Of a stretch of DNA of 64,000 nt, positions 46,825-55,979 are shown one piece after another (position 1 is the stretch's first letter; the number at the start of each line of letters is the position of its first letter). Made by a program: the position numbers and the translations under genes. The DNA comes from a virus (taxonomy: Duplodnaviria; Caudoviricetes): positions 28,564 through 92,563 of the IMG/VR virus record IMGVR_UViG_3300044556_000025; one strand, written 5' to 3'. A model generated the notes under the pieces. The model saw only the letters and a list, made by a program, of their open reading frames with translations. It was not told the DNA's origin and searched no databases.

Positions 46825-47327
46825 TGGGCGACATTATAAAGAGCTGCATAATAACACACACTGACGCTAAAGTAGTAAAAACGTACGATATTTCAGGGTA
46901 TGGGGAAAGTTACCACACCTCTATAGATTTGGCGGCGCACGAGGTGTATAGCCCTTGCAGAGGCGTAGCTATTTATGTCGGACTAGTTGACAAAATGCCG
47001 TCAGTTACTGTTCAATACAGCAACAACATCTCTCTTAGGTTTATGCATTTGAAGTCGACAGATATTGTTGCCGGTCAGATAGTTCCATATGACGCTGTAG
47101 TTGGAATAGCTGACGAATATGTAAGCTTTGAATATCTTACTACAGAAGAGCGTCATCCAGGAATCCGCGTTTTCTTCTATACGACGTTAGGCAGCTATAC
47201 ACTCTATAAACAAGACCCGATGTTAGTGTTATCTCAGAACGTAAAGTTTGACAATATGACTCCAATAATACTTACAGAGGGAATTACTGACGCACTGGCA
47301 GAAGACGGTAAGGGTGGAGACGAATGA
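46824..47327 (+). CDS. Degenerate M23-peptidase-like protein
   Basis: HTSIDL...VYSPCRGV...FMHL...V.GQ.V; second HxH motif absent. Confidence 0.5.
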   Translation: MGDIIKSCIITHTDAKVVKTYDISGYGESYHTSIDLAAHEVYSPCRGVAIYVGLVDKMPSVTVQYSNNISLRFMHLKSTDIVAGQIVPYDAVVGIADEYVSFEYLTTEERHPGIRVFFYTTLGSYTLYKQDPMLVLSQNVKFDNMTPIILTEGITDALAEDGKGGDE

Positions 47328-49093
47328 CTTACAGTAAGCTAGCTTCTAAATTCTTACCCGCAAATCATTACTCTCGTGGTCGCTCTGGGAAGAAAATTTG
47401 CAAATTTACGCCTCACTATATGGCAGGGAACTTGACGCTCGAAGGGTGCGTTGGCGTTTGGGTTAATAGAGATGCGTCTTCAAACTATGGAATAGACTCT
47501 AACGGGAATATAGCTTGTTACGTACAAGAAGAAAACAGAGCTTGGACGTCGTCATCTGCGAGTAACGACAATCAAGCTATTACCGTAGAAGTTGCAAATA
47601 TTTCTAACACGACGGGCGAAATAACGAACGCAGCTTGGCAGTCGTTGGTGAGGCTTGCGACAGACGTTTGTCATAGATATAACTTCCGTCTCAATTTTAC
47701 GGGCGACCCGTCGGGCTCTCTAACAATGCACAAGATGTTTTCGAGCACTTCTTGCCCCGGACCGTGGATCGAGTCACATATACGAGAGCTAGCCGATACC
47801 GTTAACAAAAATTTAGACACGGGAAACTTCTCTTATTCTGGTACAGCGTCGGGGTCTTCGAGCTCAGATTCATCTAGCTCTAGTACGAGTATGGGAACGG
47901 CTTATATAACGGACCCCGCAGTGGCTTATGCTGCCGGAATTACCGGCAAGATATTATTTGCTCAAGAAGACATATATCCATATATCATAACAATAAACGA
48001 GCAAACACCCGATCTCGACATTGATAAGCTAAAATCTGCGGATGTTGTAGGCGCATGTATTGACATTGGGTCGTATTTCGACGAAGCTCACAACGTTAGG
48101 CCGACGTTCTTAAATAAGAAGTTAGAGAGGCAGTTCAATCAGTTTAACGAGAAGAATCTAGCTGTTGCTCTCTACAGCACTGTTAGAGCTAGGAATGAAG
48201 ACGAAGTCTTAAAGGAGCTCAAAGAAGTTCGCCTTGCAGTTTTAAGGTTCCCTCCAAACTCTGGGCTTTGGCTGAAGCCAGTATTCTATTCTTCGTCTAA
48301 GTCTGTAAACGACAAACTTATAGACACGTATTACAAAACGCTTTATAAGCTAGGGTTTAACGATCAAGTCGGATTCTATTGTGACAAGTCTCAAATGGAA
48401 CGATTTGACTGGGATAAATATCAAGACAACTGGTATTGGTGGATGGATCGTCATATTAAAGACGTTTCTAAGATTCACCAATTGCCGTCTCCCAAATTCT
48501 TCATGTACGACAACCCAGGTGACGAAGACGCCCTTATTGCCCCTAACTTCGACGCCCTCGCTAATATGTCGTTCGATAGCTCCGGTACAGGGGGTTCTGG
48601 CACTGAGACGTTTGACGCCGGCAGCTCTACGGGGATTGTCATGGTGCCGTCAGGCCTCGGAACATATTGTACGTTCGAAAAAGGTAACATCAACTGGGCT
48701 GCCGGTACTCGACAGAAGAGCTTCTGGGCTAAGAATCCCGGAGTTGACGAGAACGGTATGTATCAGTATAACGGTCGCTACGTAATTGCTATGACAAGCA
48801 CGTTCGGCGATGCAGGATCTATGGTAGACATATACTTTAGAAACGGAAAGACGTTACACGCTATCTTAGGTGACACAAAGAACACGGGTGACGCCGGTGC
48901 AACAAAGTGGGGCCACGACGGCGGACGCAATATGGTCGAGTTCATCGTTCGGTCTGATCACAAAGCCGGATCTTCTTCTTCGACGTGGTATGGCAACGTG
49001 GGCGCTGCTCAAGGGTGGCTTTCGTCTTGGTGGAACTCTAACGGATATAACTCAGGAATTTCTAAAGTAGACAAACGCGGGAGTGTTTTATAA
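47324..49093 (+). CDS. Virion-associated lysin: Amidase_2 domain, GH25-like middle domain, 3D/RlpA-like C-terminal domain
   Basis: TPHYMAG...SSNYGI...RAWTSS...AITVEVAN...HKMF..T.CPG; C-terminal GRYVIA...G.MVDI...AILGDTK. Confidence 0.8.
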   Translation: MTYSKLASKFLPANHYSRGRSGKKICKFTPHYMAGNLTLEGCVGVWVNRDASSNYGIDSNGNIACYVQEENRAWTSSSASNDNQAITVEVANISNTTGEITNAAWQSLVRLATDVCHRYNFRLNFTGDPSGSLTMHKMFSSTSCPGPWIESHIRELADTVNKNLDTGNFSYSGTASGSSSSDSSSSSTSMGTAYITDPAVAYAAGITGKILFAQEDIYPYIITINEQTPDLDIDKLKSADVVGACIDIGSYFDEAHNVRPTFLNKKLERQFNQFNEKNLAVALYSTVRARNEDEVLKELKEVRLAVLRFPPNSGLWLKPVFYSSSKSVNDKLIDTYYKTLYKLGFNDQVGFYCDKSQMERFDWDKYQDNWYWWMDRHIKDVSKIHQLPSPKFFMYDNPGDEDALIAPNFDALANMSFDSSGTGGSGTETFDAGSSTGIVMVPSGLGTYCTFEKGNINWAAGTRQKSFWAKNPGVDENGMYQYNGRYVIAMTSTFGDAGSMVDIYFRNGKTLHAILGDTKNTGDAGATKWGHDGGRNMVEFIVRSDHKAGSSSSTWYGNVGAAQGWLSSWWNSNGYNSGISKVDKRGSVL

Positions 49094-50683
49094 ATGGCAA
49101 ATGACATTGTAGACGCGTTTGTAAATAAAGCTCTAAGTTACGAAGGCAAAGGAGAATCGTACTGGGCATCAACTCACGCAAAATACTATTATCCGAGAGC
49201 TTGGTGTGCGGGGTTCGTATGCGGCGTAGCAAACGAAGTAGGAATACTAGGGAAAGTTATAGACTTTAGCCTCGGAGCACACATATGCGCACACTCTGTT
49301 ACAAATCATGGAGGAACGTGGCACGATGGCAGTTCTTCGTACACGCCTCAACGCGGAGATCTTGTTAACTTTGTATGGAACGGTGGCACGTGGGCAGATC
49401 ACATAGGAATTGTAACTAGTTGCTCTAACGGTACGGTAAACACGATAGAGGGTAATGCATCATCAGCTGTTCATCAGAGGCATTATAGTCGTTCTAGCAG
49501 AGTATTATTAGGGTTTGGTACGCCTAACTGGCCGGCTGTCGGAGGAGTAATAACGTCCGGTGAGAGCGACGCTATCGGATCATCAGGTACGACAATATAT
49601 GGTGTCTTATTCTCTGAGACAAACACTCGAAAGGACGCTATACTACGAGAAGCTGCGTATTTAAAAACGACATACGAACCAAACTCTACTAAAGTTAAAC
49701 AGTACGACCCTATAGCTACGTCTACCCCAATAAAACTCTCAGTAATAAATTACTCAGACTTGTTTAAGACGTTTTGGGACGTTGGCGCGAAGACACTAAA
49801 TATTTCGGGTACTTCGAGTAGTTCGTCTCTTGGGTATGACTATTCTAAATTGCCCGCTGTCGTAAAACAGACAGTGGAGTTTCTAGTCGGCAAAGGCTTA
49901 AACAATGCTGCCGCTTGCGGAATATGCGGGAACATCCAACAAGAGTCTAGCTTTAACGTAGGCGCAGCTGGCGGAGGTCTTTGCCAATGGACAGGAAGCC
50001 GAGGCGCAGCAATGAGGGCAATGGCTGGCGCAAACTGGGCTACGAACTTAACCGGCCAGCTTAACTATCTTTGGTACGAATTGTCTTCGGGATACCAAAA
50101 TATGCTAAATAGCTGGAAAAGTTTGCCTAATACAGAAGCTGGTGCTCGTCAAGCTGCGGCTGACTTCTGCAACCAGTTCGAACGTCCTGGGATTCCGATG
50201 CTTGAGAAAAGGCAAAATTATGCCGCTCAGTTCTTCAAAGCTATTGTTCAAGTTGCGACTTCATCGTCTTCTAACTTCTCAAGTATAGACGCTCGAGGGT
50301 TGTCATCTAAGCGACAAACAATACTCAACGTTGCGCAGCAAGAGCTCGCAAAGAAGACAAGATACGTATGGGGCGGAGAGAGGTCCGGCGTAGGCTTAGA
50401 CTGCTCAGGCTTCTGCAGGATGTGTTATATGTCTATCGGAATAACCTTGCCACACCAGTCGGAGAGCATGCGAGACGTTGCACCTCAAAGGCTCCCCGTG
50501 AATCAAGCCGTTGCCGGCGACATATTATGGACTAGCGGACACGTGGCTCTATATATAGGCAACGGTAAGACAATAGAAGAATACCAAGGCGGGCCTTCTA
50601 ATACGTATTCAAACCCTGGAGGTCCCATTGGCTCCTTAAATGTAGGTAATAGATTTAAGCTCTGTCTACACTGGGATATATAA
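49094..50683 (+). CDS. Virion-associated lysin: CHAP, phage tail lysozyme and NlpC/P60 domains
   Basis: AWCAGFV...HIGIV...IEGN; AACGICGNIQQES...GLCQW...FERP; YVWGG...DCSG...GHVALYIG. Confidence 0.88.
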   Translation: MANDIVDAFVNKALSYEGKGESYWASTHAKYYYPRAWCAGFVCGVANEVGILGKVIDFSLGAHICAHSVTNHGGTWHDGSSSYTPQRGDLVNFVWNGGTWADHIGIVTSCSNGTVNTIEGNASSAVHQRHYSRSSRVLLGFGTPNWPAVGGVITSGESDAIGSSGTTIYGVLFSETNTRKDAILREAAYLKTTYEPNSTKVKQYDPIATSTPIKLSVINYSDLFKTFWDVGAKTLNISGTSSSSSLGYDYSKLPAVVKQTVEFLVGKGLNNAAACGICGNIQQESSFNVGAAGGGLCQWTGSRGAAMRAMAGANWATNLTGQLNYLWYELSSGYQNMLNSWKSLPNTEAGARQAAADFCNQFERPGIPMLEKRQNYAAQFFKAIVQVATSSSSNFSSIDARGLSSKRQTILNVAQQELAKKTRYVWGGERSGVGLDCSGFCRMCYMSIGITLPHQSESMRDVAPQRLPVNQAVAGDILWTSGHVALYIGNGKTIEEYQGGPSNTYSNPGGPIGSLNVGNRFKLCLHWDI

Positions 50684-50686
50684 AGT

Positions 50687-50965
50687 ATGATAGTATATGG
50701 ATATGCAAAAGACTATTCTTATACGTCTGACGGGACGTTAATGATACAAGTACGGATACCGTCAGTAGACGGTCCCGTAAGCCAGTCAGAATATAACGGT
50801 CAGAAGGTAACTAATTACAAGAGTGATTCAGATCTTTCATGGTACCCTTCGTTATTATTGCCCCACTTGCCTAATACGAACGAAGTAGTAGCTCTGACAT
50901 CTATAAATAGTTCTTGCAACGACTGGCTTGTAATCGGTCTAATGGGGTCAGAATATGGTGTTTAA
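50687..50965 (+). CDS. Putative baseplate spike OB-fold protein (gp5/gpV N-terminal-like)
   Basis: IQVRIPSVDGP...W...LP...EVV...VIG. Confidence 0.6.
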   Translation: MIVYGYAKDYSYTSDGTLMIQVRIPSVDGPVSQSEYNGQKVTNYKSDSDLSWYPSLLLPHLPNTNEVVALTSINSSCNDWLVIGLMGSEYGV

Positions 50966-50968
50966 CAT

Positions 50969-51361
50969 ATGAAAACGTCTAGTTGGGCTTTCCCTAATTG
51001 TATAAACGTAGCGCAGAACTCAGTAGAAATACTGGAAGACGAAACGTCTGTCGTGAATAGATCTCGCTTATTATTATTGACACAGCCAACAGAAGTTGTT
51101 TACGAGCCTAACCAAGGCGTAGGCATGAAAGAGTTTTTGTGGCACTACAACAACGAAAATGTCAAGGCTCTGCTACAAGACAAAATCAAAAATCAGCTAC
51201 GTATTCACGAACCGCAATGCAACGCACAGAATACAGAGTTTGCAGACGGGTTATTGTTTACGGGGAATGATAAAGACAGTATAGACGCAAATTACAACGA
51301 TCTAGATATGACAGTAAAAATAGAGACTAAATTCGGTACTACCGCCACAGTTAACATATAG
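50969..51361 (+). CDS. Baseplate wedge/sheath initiator (gp25-like)
   Basis: LLLLTQPTE...P.QGVG...IKNQLRIHEP. Confidence 0.75.
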   Translation: MKTSSWAFPNCINVAQNSVEILEDETSVVNRSRLLLLTQPTEVVYEPNQGVGMKEFLWHYNNENVKALLQDKIKNQLRIHEPQCNAQNTEFADGLLFTGNDKDSIDANYNDLDMTVKIETKFGTTATVNI

Positions 51362-51401
51362 GATGATTGAAATAATATGAGATAAGTAGCTAGAGCCGAT
51401 A

Positions 51402-51452
51402 AGTGAGCTACCCCGAGGCTAAAGCCTCGGGGCTTTCTCACGCGGCAAGAGG
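51402..51452 (-). mobile_element. 51-bp single-hairpin mini-element, copy B, inserted in a terminator-like hairpin
   Basis: Exact reverse complement of 35606-35656, preceded by TTAC on the minus strand. Excision restores agagccgatagtaa-ttc-ttactatcggctct. Confidence 0.88.
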
Positions 51453-51686
51453 GTAATTCTTACTATCGGCTCTTATATATAGAATAAATACATAGTATAC
51501 TATCCACGTGTTAGGATATACGTATGTCAGAAGATTACAGTAACCCTAGATTACGAAAAGCTTAAGATGACAGTAGCCGTAGAAACTAAATTTACAAAAA
51601 CGGTAGAAGTTAAACTTTAGTTCGTTAATAATACTAAATACTAAAGTTGTAATCTTGCATTTTTAGTGTTTAGGAGCGTAGTTAAT

Positions 51687-52112
51687 ATGAAAGTACTTGT
51701 TTGCGCAGCTACAAATATCGGTAAGATCGCAAAGCGAATTGAAGAAGACTTAAACAAAAACGAAAATATGAATAGATATTCCGTTAATCCACTTTCTGGA
51801 TCTCCCGGAATAGTGCGCGTAACCGATAACGAAACGGGAAAATTTCGCTCTATAAAATTAAAGTATGAAAACAAAACCAGAAAGCGCACAGTAGCAATTC
51901 CTTGGGATACTCATTATACAATTAATGACGATGGTGACGTATTCGATGATAGCAACAATTGTATAGGGCACGCACAAGTTATACCGCTTGAGCCGAATAA
52001 AGAAGGCAAATGCAGGAATTACGTGTACGACGGCATGATTAACACCAGTCCTGACAGCTGGCAAGAGGTAAATGAGAAAAACATCGAAGACGTAAAACGT
52101 TTTCTTTCATAG
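51687..52112 (+). CDS. Hypothetical protein
   Basis: AGGAG RBS; MKVLVCAAT start. Confidence 0.7.
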   Translation: MKVLVCAATNIGKIAKRIEEDLNKNENMNRYSVNPLSGSPGIVRVTDNETGKFRSIKLKYENKTRKRTVAIPWDTHYTINDDGDVFDDSNNCIGHAQVIPLEPNKEGKCRNYVYDGMINTSPDSWQEVNEKNIEDVKRFLS

Positions 52113-52124
52113 GAAGAACAATCA

Positions 52125-53735
52125 ATGGCTGATGGCACCTGGAGAGATGAAATTCGTATTTGCCCTATATGCGGAGATTCTTTTAAGCCGTCTCGGTACA
52201 ATCAAAAGTTTTGCAAAAAAATTCATTATCATAAATGCCCTGTATGCGGAAAATTAGTAAAAACGCAAAACTATCTATACCCAAACCATAATGAAACTTG
52301 CTGCTCTAAAAAGTGTACCGCCATTCATAAAAAAGAAACATGTATACAAAAATTTGGCGGACCTGCTCCATCCTGTAGTAAAATTATACAAGAAAAAGCA
52401 AAACAAACATGCATTAAAAATTTTGGGACAGCTTTTCCGTCTCAAAATAAAGATATTAAAGAAAAGCAAACAGAATCCTATTTGAAACATTTTGGAAAAA
52501 ATGAAAACCCTAAGGGGTATTTACAGAAACTAAATAAATCTAAATCAACATGTTTACAAAAATACGGATTTGAATACGTAACACAAACAGATGAGTTCAA
52601 AAAGCAAGCAAAGAATTCAAGCATTTTACGTTACGGAACTGAATATCCAATGCAAAATGAAGCTATTACAAAAAGACAAAAAGATTCAGTTCTTAAAAAT
52701 TACGGAGTAACTAATCCGATGAAATCGGATGTAGTCAAAGCTAAACTTTGCGCAACTAATAATTCAAAATACGGATATTCAAATGTTTTATCAGATCCCA
52801 ACATGCGAATATCTATTTCTCAAACTATAAAGAAACGATATGGTGTTCCTTGGTATTGTATGTCAAAAGAATGCATTTTAAAAAATAAAAATGGGTCGTA
52901 TAGAAATAAGCACTTTCAAGACAAGCTGTCAAGCTTAGGAATAACCTGGAAAGCTGAATTCTGCTTAGAAAATAAATTATTTGATTTCTATTTGCCTGAA
53001 TATTCTTTACTAATAGAAGTTGATCCCTCGTATACGCATTCAACTATTCCAACTCATTGGGGAACAAACGTTAGCTATTTATATCATAAAAATAAATCTG
53101 ATATAGCAGTTAAACACGGTTATCAATGCATTCACATTTTTGACTGGGATGATGAGGAAAAAATAATAAATAATTTAATTACTCGGTTTAAGATCCCTGC
53201 TAGAAAATGCTCAGTGCACGAAGTTTCATCTAACGATCTAAATTATTTTTTAAACTATAATCATTATCAGTGTACCTGTAGGGGACAAAAAATAAAGCTA
53301 GGATTATACTATGATGACAAGCTCATTGAAGTAATAACGTTTGGAACTCCTAGATATAATCATAACTACGAATGGGAATTACTTAGATTGTGCACCAAGC
53401 AGCAATACAAAATTATTGGAGGGGCTTCAAAGCTTTTCAAGTATTTTGTAAAAGAATACAGCCCAAGCTCTATAATTTCTTATTGTGATTATTCTAAATT
53501 TAATGGAAGCATATATCCAATACTTGGCATGAAGTTAAAGAGCATTACTGCCCCGGCAAAAGTTTGGTCTAAAGGTACGTATAAAATTACAGACAATCTT
53601 TTACGACAACGAGGATACGATCAACTCTTTAATACTAATTATGGAAAAGGGACATCCAATGATGAGTTGATGATTAAAAATAAATGGCTTCCTGTATACG
53701 ATTGCGGACAATTTGTTTTTGAATGGAAGAGTTAA
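52125..53735 (+). CDS. Zn-finger/Hef-like putative homing endonuclease
   Basis: CPICG/CPVCG, KYG repeats, FDFYL...LIEVDPSYTH, GGASKLFK, ISYCD, YDCGQ; visibly AT-richer than its flanks. Confidence 0.75.
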   Translation: MADGTWRDEIRICPICGDSFKPSRYNQKFCKKIHYHKCPVCGKLVKTQNYLYPNHNETCCSKKCTAIHKKETCIQKFGGPAPSCSKIIQEKAKQTCIKNFGTAFPSQNKDIKEKQTESYLKHFGKNENPKGYLQKLNKSKSTCLQKYGFEYVTQTDEFKKQAKNSSILRYGTEYPMQNEAITKRQKDSVLKNYGVTNPMKSDVVKAKLCATNNSKYGYSNVLSDPNMRISISQTIKKRYGVPWYCMSKECILKNKNGSYRNKHFQDKLSSLGITWKAEFCLENKLFDFYLPEYSLLIEVDPSYTHSTIPTHWGTNVSYLYHKNKSDIAVKHGYQCIHIFDWDDEEKIINNLITRFKIPARKCSVHEVSSNDLNYFLNYNHYQCTCRGQKIKLGLYYDDKLIEVITFGTPRYNHNYEWELLRLCTKQQYKIIGGASKLFKYFVKEYSPSSIISYCDYSKFNGSIYPILGMKLKSITAPAKVWSKGTYKITDNLLRQRGYDQLFNTNYGKGTSNDELMIKNKWLPVYDCGQFVFEWKS

Positions 53736-53737
53736 AT

Positions 53738-55651
53738 ATGGCTGATGAAGATTACAAAAATGGCTTAGTTTCGTATACAAGTCGTGACTACGAATCGCTT
53801 AAAAAAGAGTTCTTCAACCTTGTTCCAAAGCTTACAGATCTCTGGAAACCAGAAGCCGACGCAGATCCGGGTGCAGTACTTGGCGAGTGGGTTGCAGCTG
53901 TAGCTGACATGTTAGGCACAAACTTAGACATATCGGCAAACGAAATGTACGCACCCACTGTATCTCAGAGGAAGAATGCAGAACGACTGTTTAACCTTAT
54001 CGGTTATGATCTAGGCTTCTATACCGCTGCACGAACAGAAGTTACGTTCACAAATAACACTGATCAAGACATGATCTTAGACTTTGGGTTTAACGGATCT
54101 AACTTCTGTACTATGAATGCATATACAGACATTACTAACAAAAGCCGCGTAATCACATACAACATTTTGCCGGGTACGTCGTCTTACGGTGACATGACGT
54201 CTCGAATCACGAGATCTGTTCTTACGTCAGATCTTGACGTATTTGTTGACACTGACAAAGTGAAACTCAAGCCGGGAGACTCTGCAACGCGAGTTGCTAT
54301 TGAGGGGGAGCTTCGCTCGTATTCAATCTCTGTCGAAGACGTAAAGAAGAATAATTACATTATTTCTTTGCCGTCACAGCACGTAGACACGACAGCTATT
54401 TGGCTTAAAGTCAAAGCTAATCAGACAGACGACAATTACGTAGAGACTCAGTGGAGACAAGTTGATTCGGCAGTTGACTTCATCGACCCCGAGCCTAGGT
54501 TCGCGGTAACGTTTGACAGCTATTCTAACGCTCAGATACAAGTGTCTAATTATCTGAATCAGCTTGAAAACTATAACAGTAACTGGTTCGTGGTATATTG
54601 GATTGACTGTTCGGGAATCATTGGATGCGTCGGCGAGAACGTACTCTCTAATTTGCTATTCGCAAAGTCAGACGCTAACCCATCAGTCGATTCGGCTTCG
54701 GGAAACATCGGGTATTCTAATCTCTCGAATACGGTAGAACTCCCGCATACATATACAGTTACCGGAAAAAGCCCCGAGACTGCAAAAGAAGCTTACGAGA
54801 ACTCTCGCAACTATATCAATACGTGGGATAGCCTCGTAACTCTACCAGACTATACGCGTTTCTTGAAGCGAGAAGCCGGAGTCGACAACGGAGTAGTTAT
54901 CGACTGTCAAAAGGCATTAGAAATAAACATGGCTATCTATAACAACAAACATCTAACCGATAGCCAAAAACAGAAAATGTATATTACGAATCAAGACTTC
55001 CCCGAAGGCAAGCCAATATTCGACTGGCAAGAAGTATTAGACCTTGACTTCGACCCGACAGATCCAAACAAGTTCGTATTTGCGGCTAATTTCCAAACGT
55101 ATACGGCAATGTGTTTTGCTATTCACAACGACTTCAAATCTTCTGCGTTCGGAAACGGCCAAACGTCTCCCGTACAGATAAAGACTAACACAATGTTTGT
55201 TCGATACAAGCCGCCCGCACAATTTATTGACAAAGTTGTTAAAGACTATAAGCCGCTACAAGCTATGTCGGTAGAAGTTCAATTCGGATATCTACGCATA
55301 TTTAACTTCTACGTTGTCGGCACAATAACACCGAGGAAGCCTATAACCGAAGACATAGCTAAGACGCTTGTAGAAGAAGCCAAAGAGGCTCTTCGTTTAA
55401 AATTTGCGCCGTCTAACTTCGAGATAGGCCAGAAGCCGACATTGATGGACGTCGTAGACAGTATCGAGGGCTGTGACACCCGCATTCGTCACTTCGACCC
55501 AGGTTCCGCAAAGTCATATGGCATCGAATGGTACCAGTGCGACATAGAGTACTTCAACCCTATTTCTTTTGCGCATTACAACGACATAGCTAACGACAAA
55601 ACTATTACAATTCGCGTTGACCCTGACTACATAATCGACGAAGAGGGTTAG
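53738..55651 (+). CDS. Baseplate wedge protein (T4 gp6/baseplate J-like)
   Basis: SYTSRDYESLK...W...DPG...LIGY; G.SPET...SLVTLPDY. Confidence 0.85.
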   Translation: MADEDYKNGLVSYTSRDYESLKKEFFNLVPKLTDLWKPEADADPGAVLGEWVAAVADMLGTNLDISANEMYAPTVSQRKNAERLFNLIGYDLGFYTAARTEVTFTNNTDQDMILDFGFNGSNFCTMNAYTDITNKSRVITYNILPGTSSYGDMTSRITRSVLTSDLDVFVDTDKVKLKPGDSATRVAIEGELRSYSISVEDVKKNNYIISLPSQHVDTTAIWLKVKANQTDDNYVETQWRQVDSAVDFIDPEPRFAVTFDSYSNAQIQVSNYLNQLENYNSNWFVVYWIDCSGIIGCVGENVLSNLLFAKSDANPSVDSASGNIGYSNLSNTVELPHTYTVTGKSPETAKEAYENSRNYINTWDSLVTLPDYTRFLKREAGVDNGVVIDCQKALEINMAIYNNKHLTDSQKQKMYITNQDFPEGKPIFDWQEVLDLDFDPTDPNKFVFAANFQTYTAMCFAIHNDFKSSAFGNGQTSPVQIKTNTMFVRYKPPAQFIDKVVKDYKPLQAMSVEVQFGYLRIFNFYVVGTITPRKPITEDIAKTLVEEAKEALRLKFAPSNFEIGQKPTLMDVVDSIEGCDTRIRHFDPGSAKSYGIEWYQCDIEYFNPISFAHYNDIANDKTITIRVDPDYIIDEEG

Positions 55652-55653
55652 CA

Positions 55654-55977
55654 ATGGAACTTAGCAAAACAATAAAGCTAATGACCTCTGACAGTTATGA
55701 AGACCGTTTTGCTGCAGAGTACTTTCAGACATTAATCCGCTTAGAAAAGTTAGCTGTCATGTATGTAGGTGCAAATAACAAGTCTCTTGACTTTGAACCT
55801 ACCTGCCCGATATCGATTCTAGAAAAACAAATAATAGACATGAACGAATATCTCAACGATCTAAAGTCTCGAGCTAAGATCGAGTGTATAGACTTAGACA
55901 GGTATGAAAAGGATCTTACAGGTTTAGCTCCCGTAATTCAATTCCAATCAAAACGCAGTAACTCTGAAAGCGAATAA
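55654..55977 (+). CDS. crAss001_48-like helical protein
   Basis: MTS.SYEDRF.AEY.QT.IR.EKL...LDFEPTCPI.IL..Q...M..YL..L..RA.IE.IDL. Confidence 0.65.
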   Translation: MELSKTIKLMTSDSYEDRFAAEYFQTLIRLEKLAVMYVGANNKSLDFEPTCPISILEKQIIDMNEYLNDLKSRAKIECIDLDRYEKDLTGLAPVIQFQSKRSNSESE

Positions 55978-55979
55978 TT

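Noticed and set aside
35602-51456. Invertible 16-kb segment or composite transposon bounded by inverted repeats
   Set aside because: Genes inside and outside are co-oriented in normal tail order and no invertase is present. Copy B is an independent insertion into a hairpin
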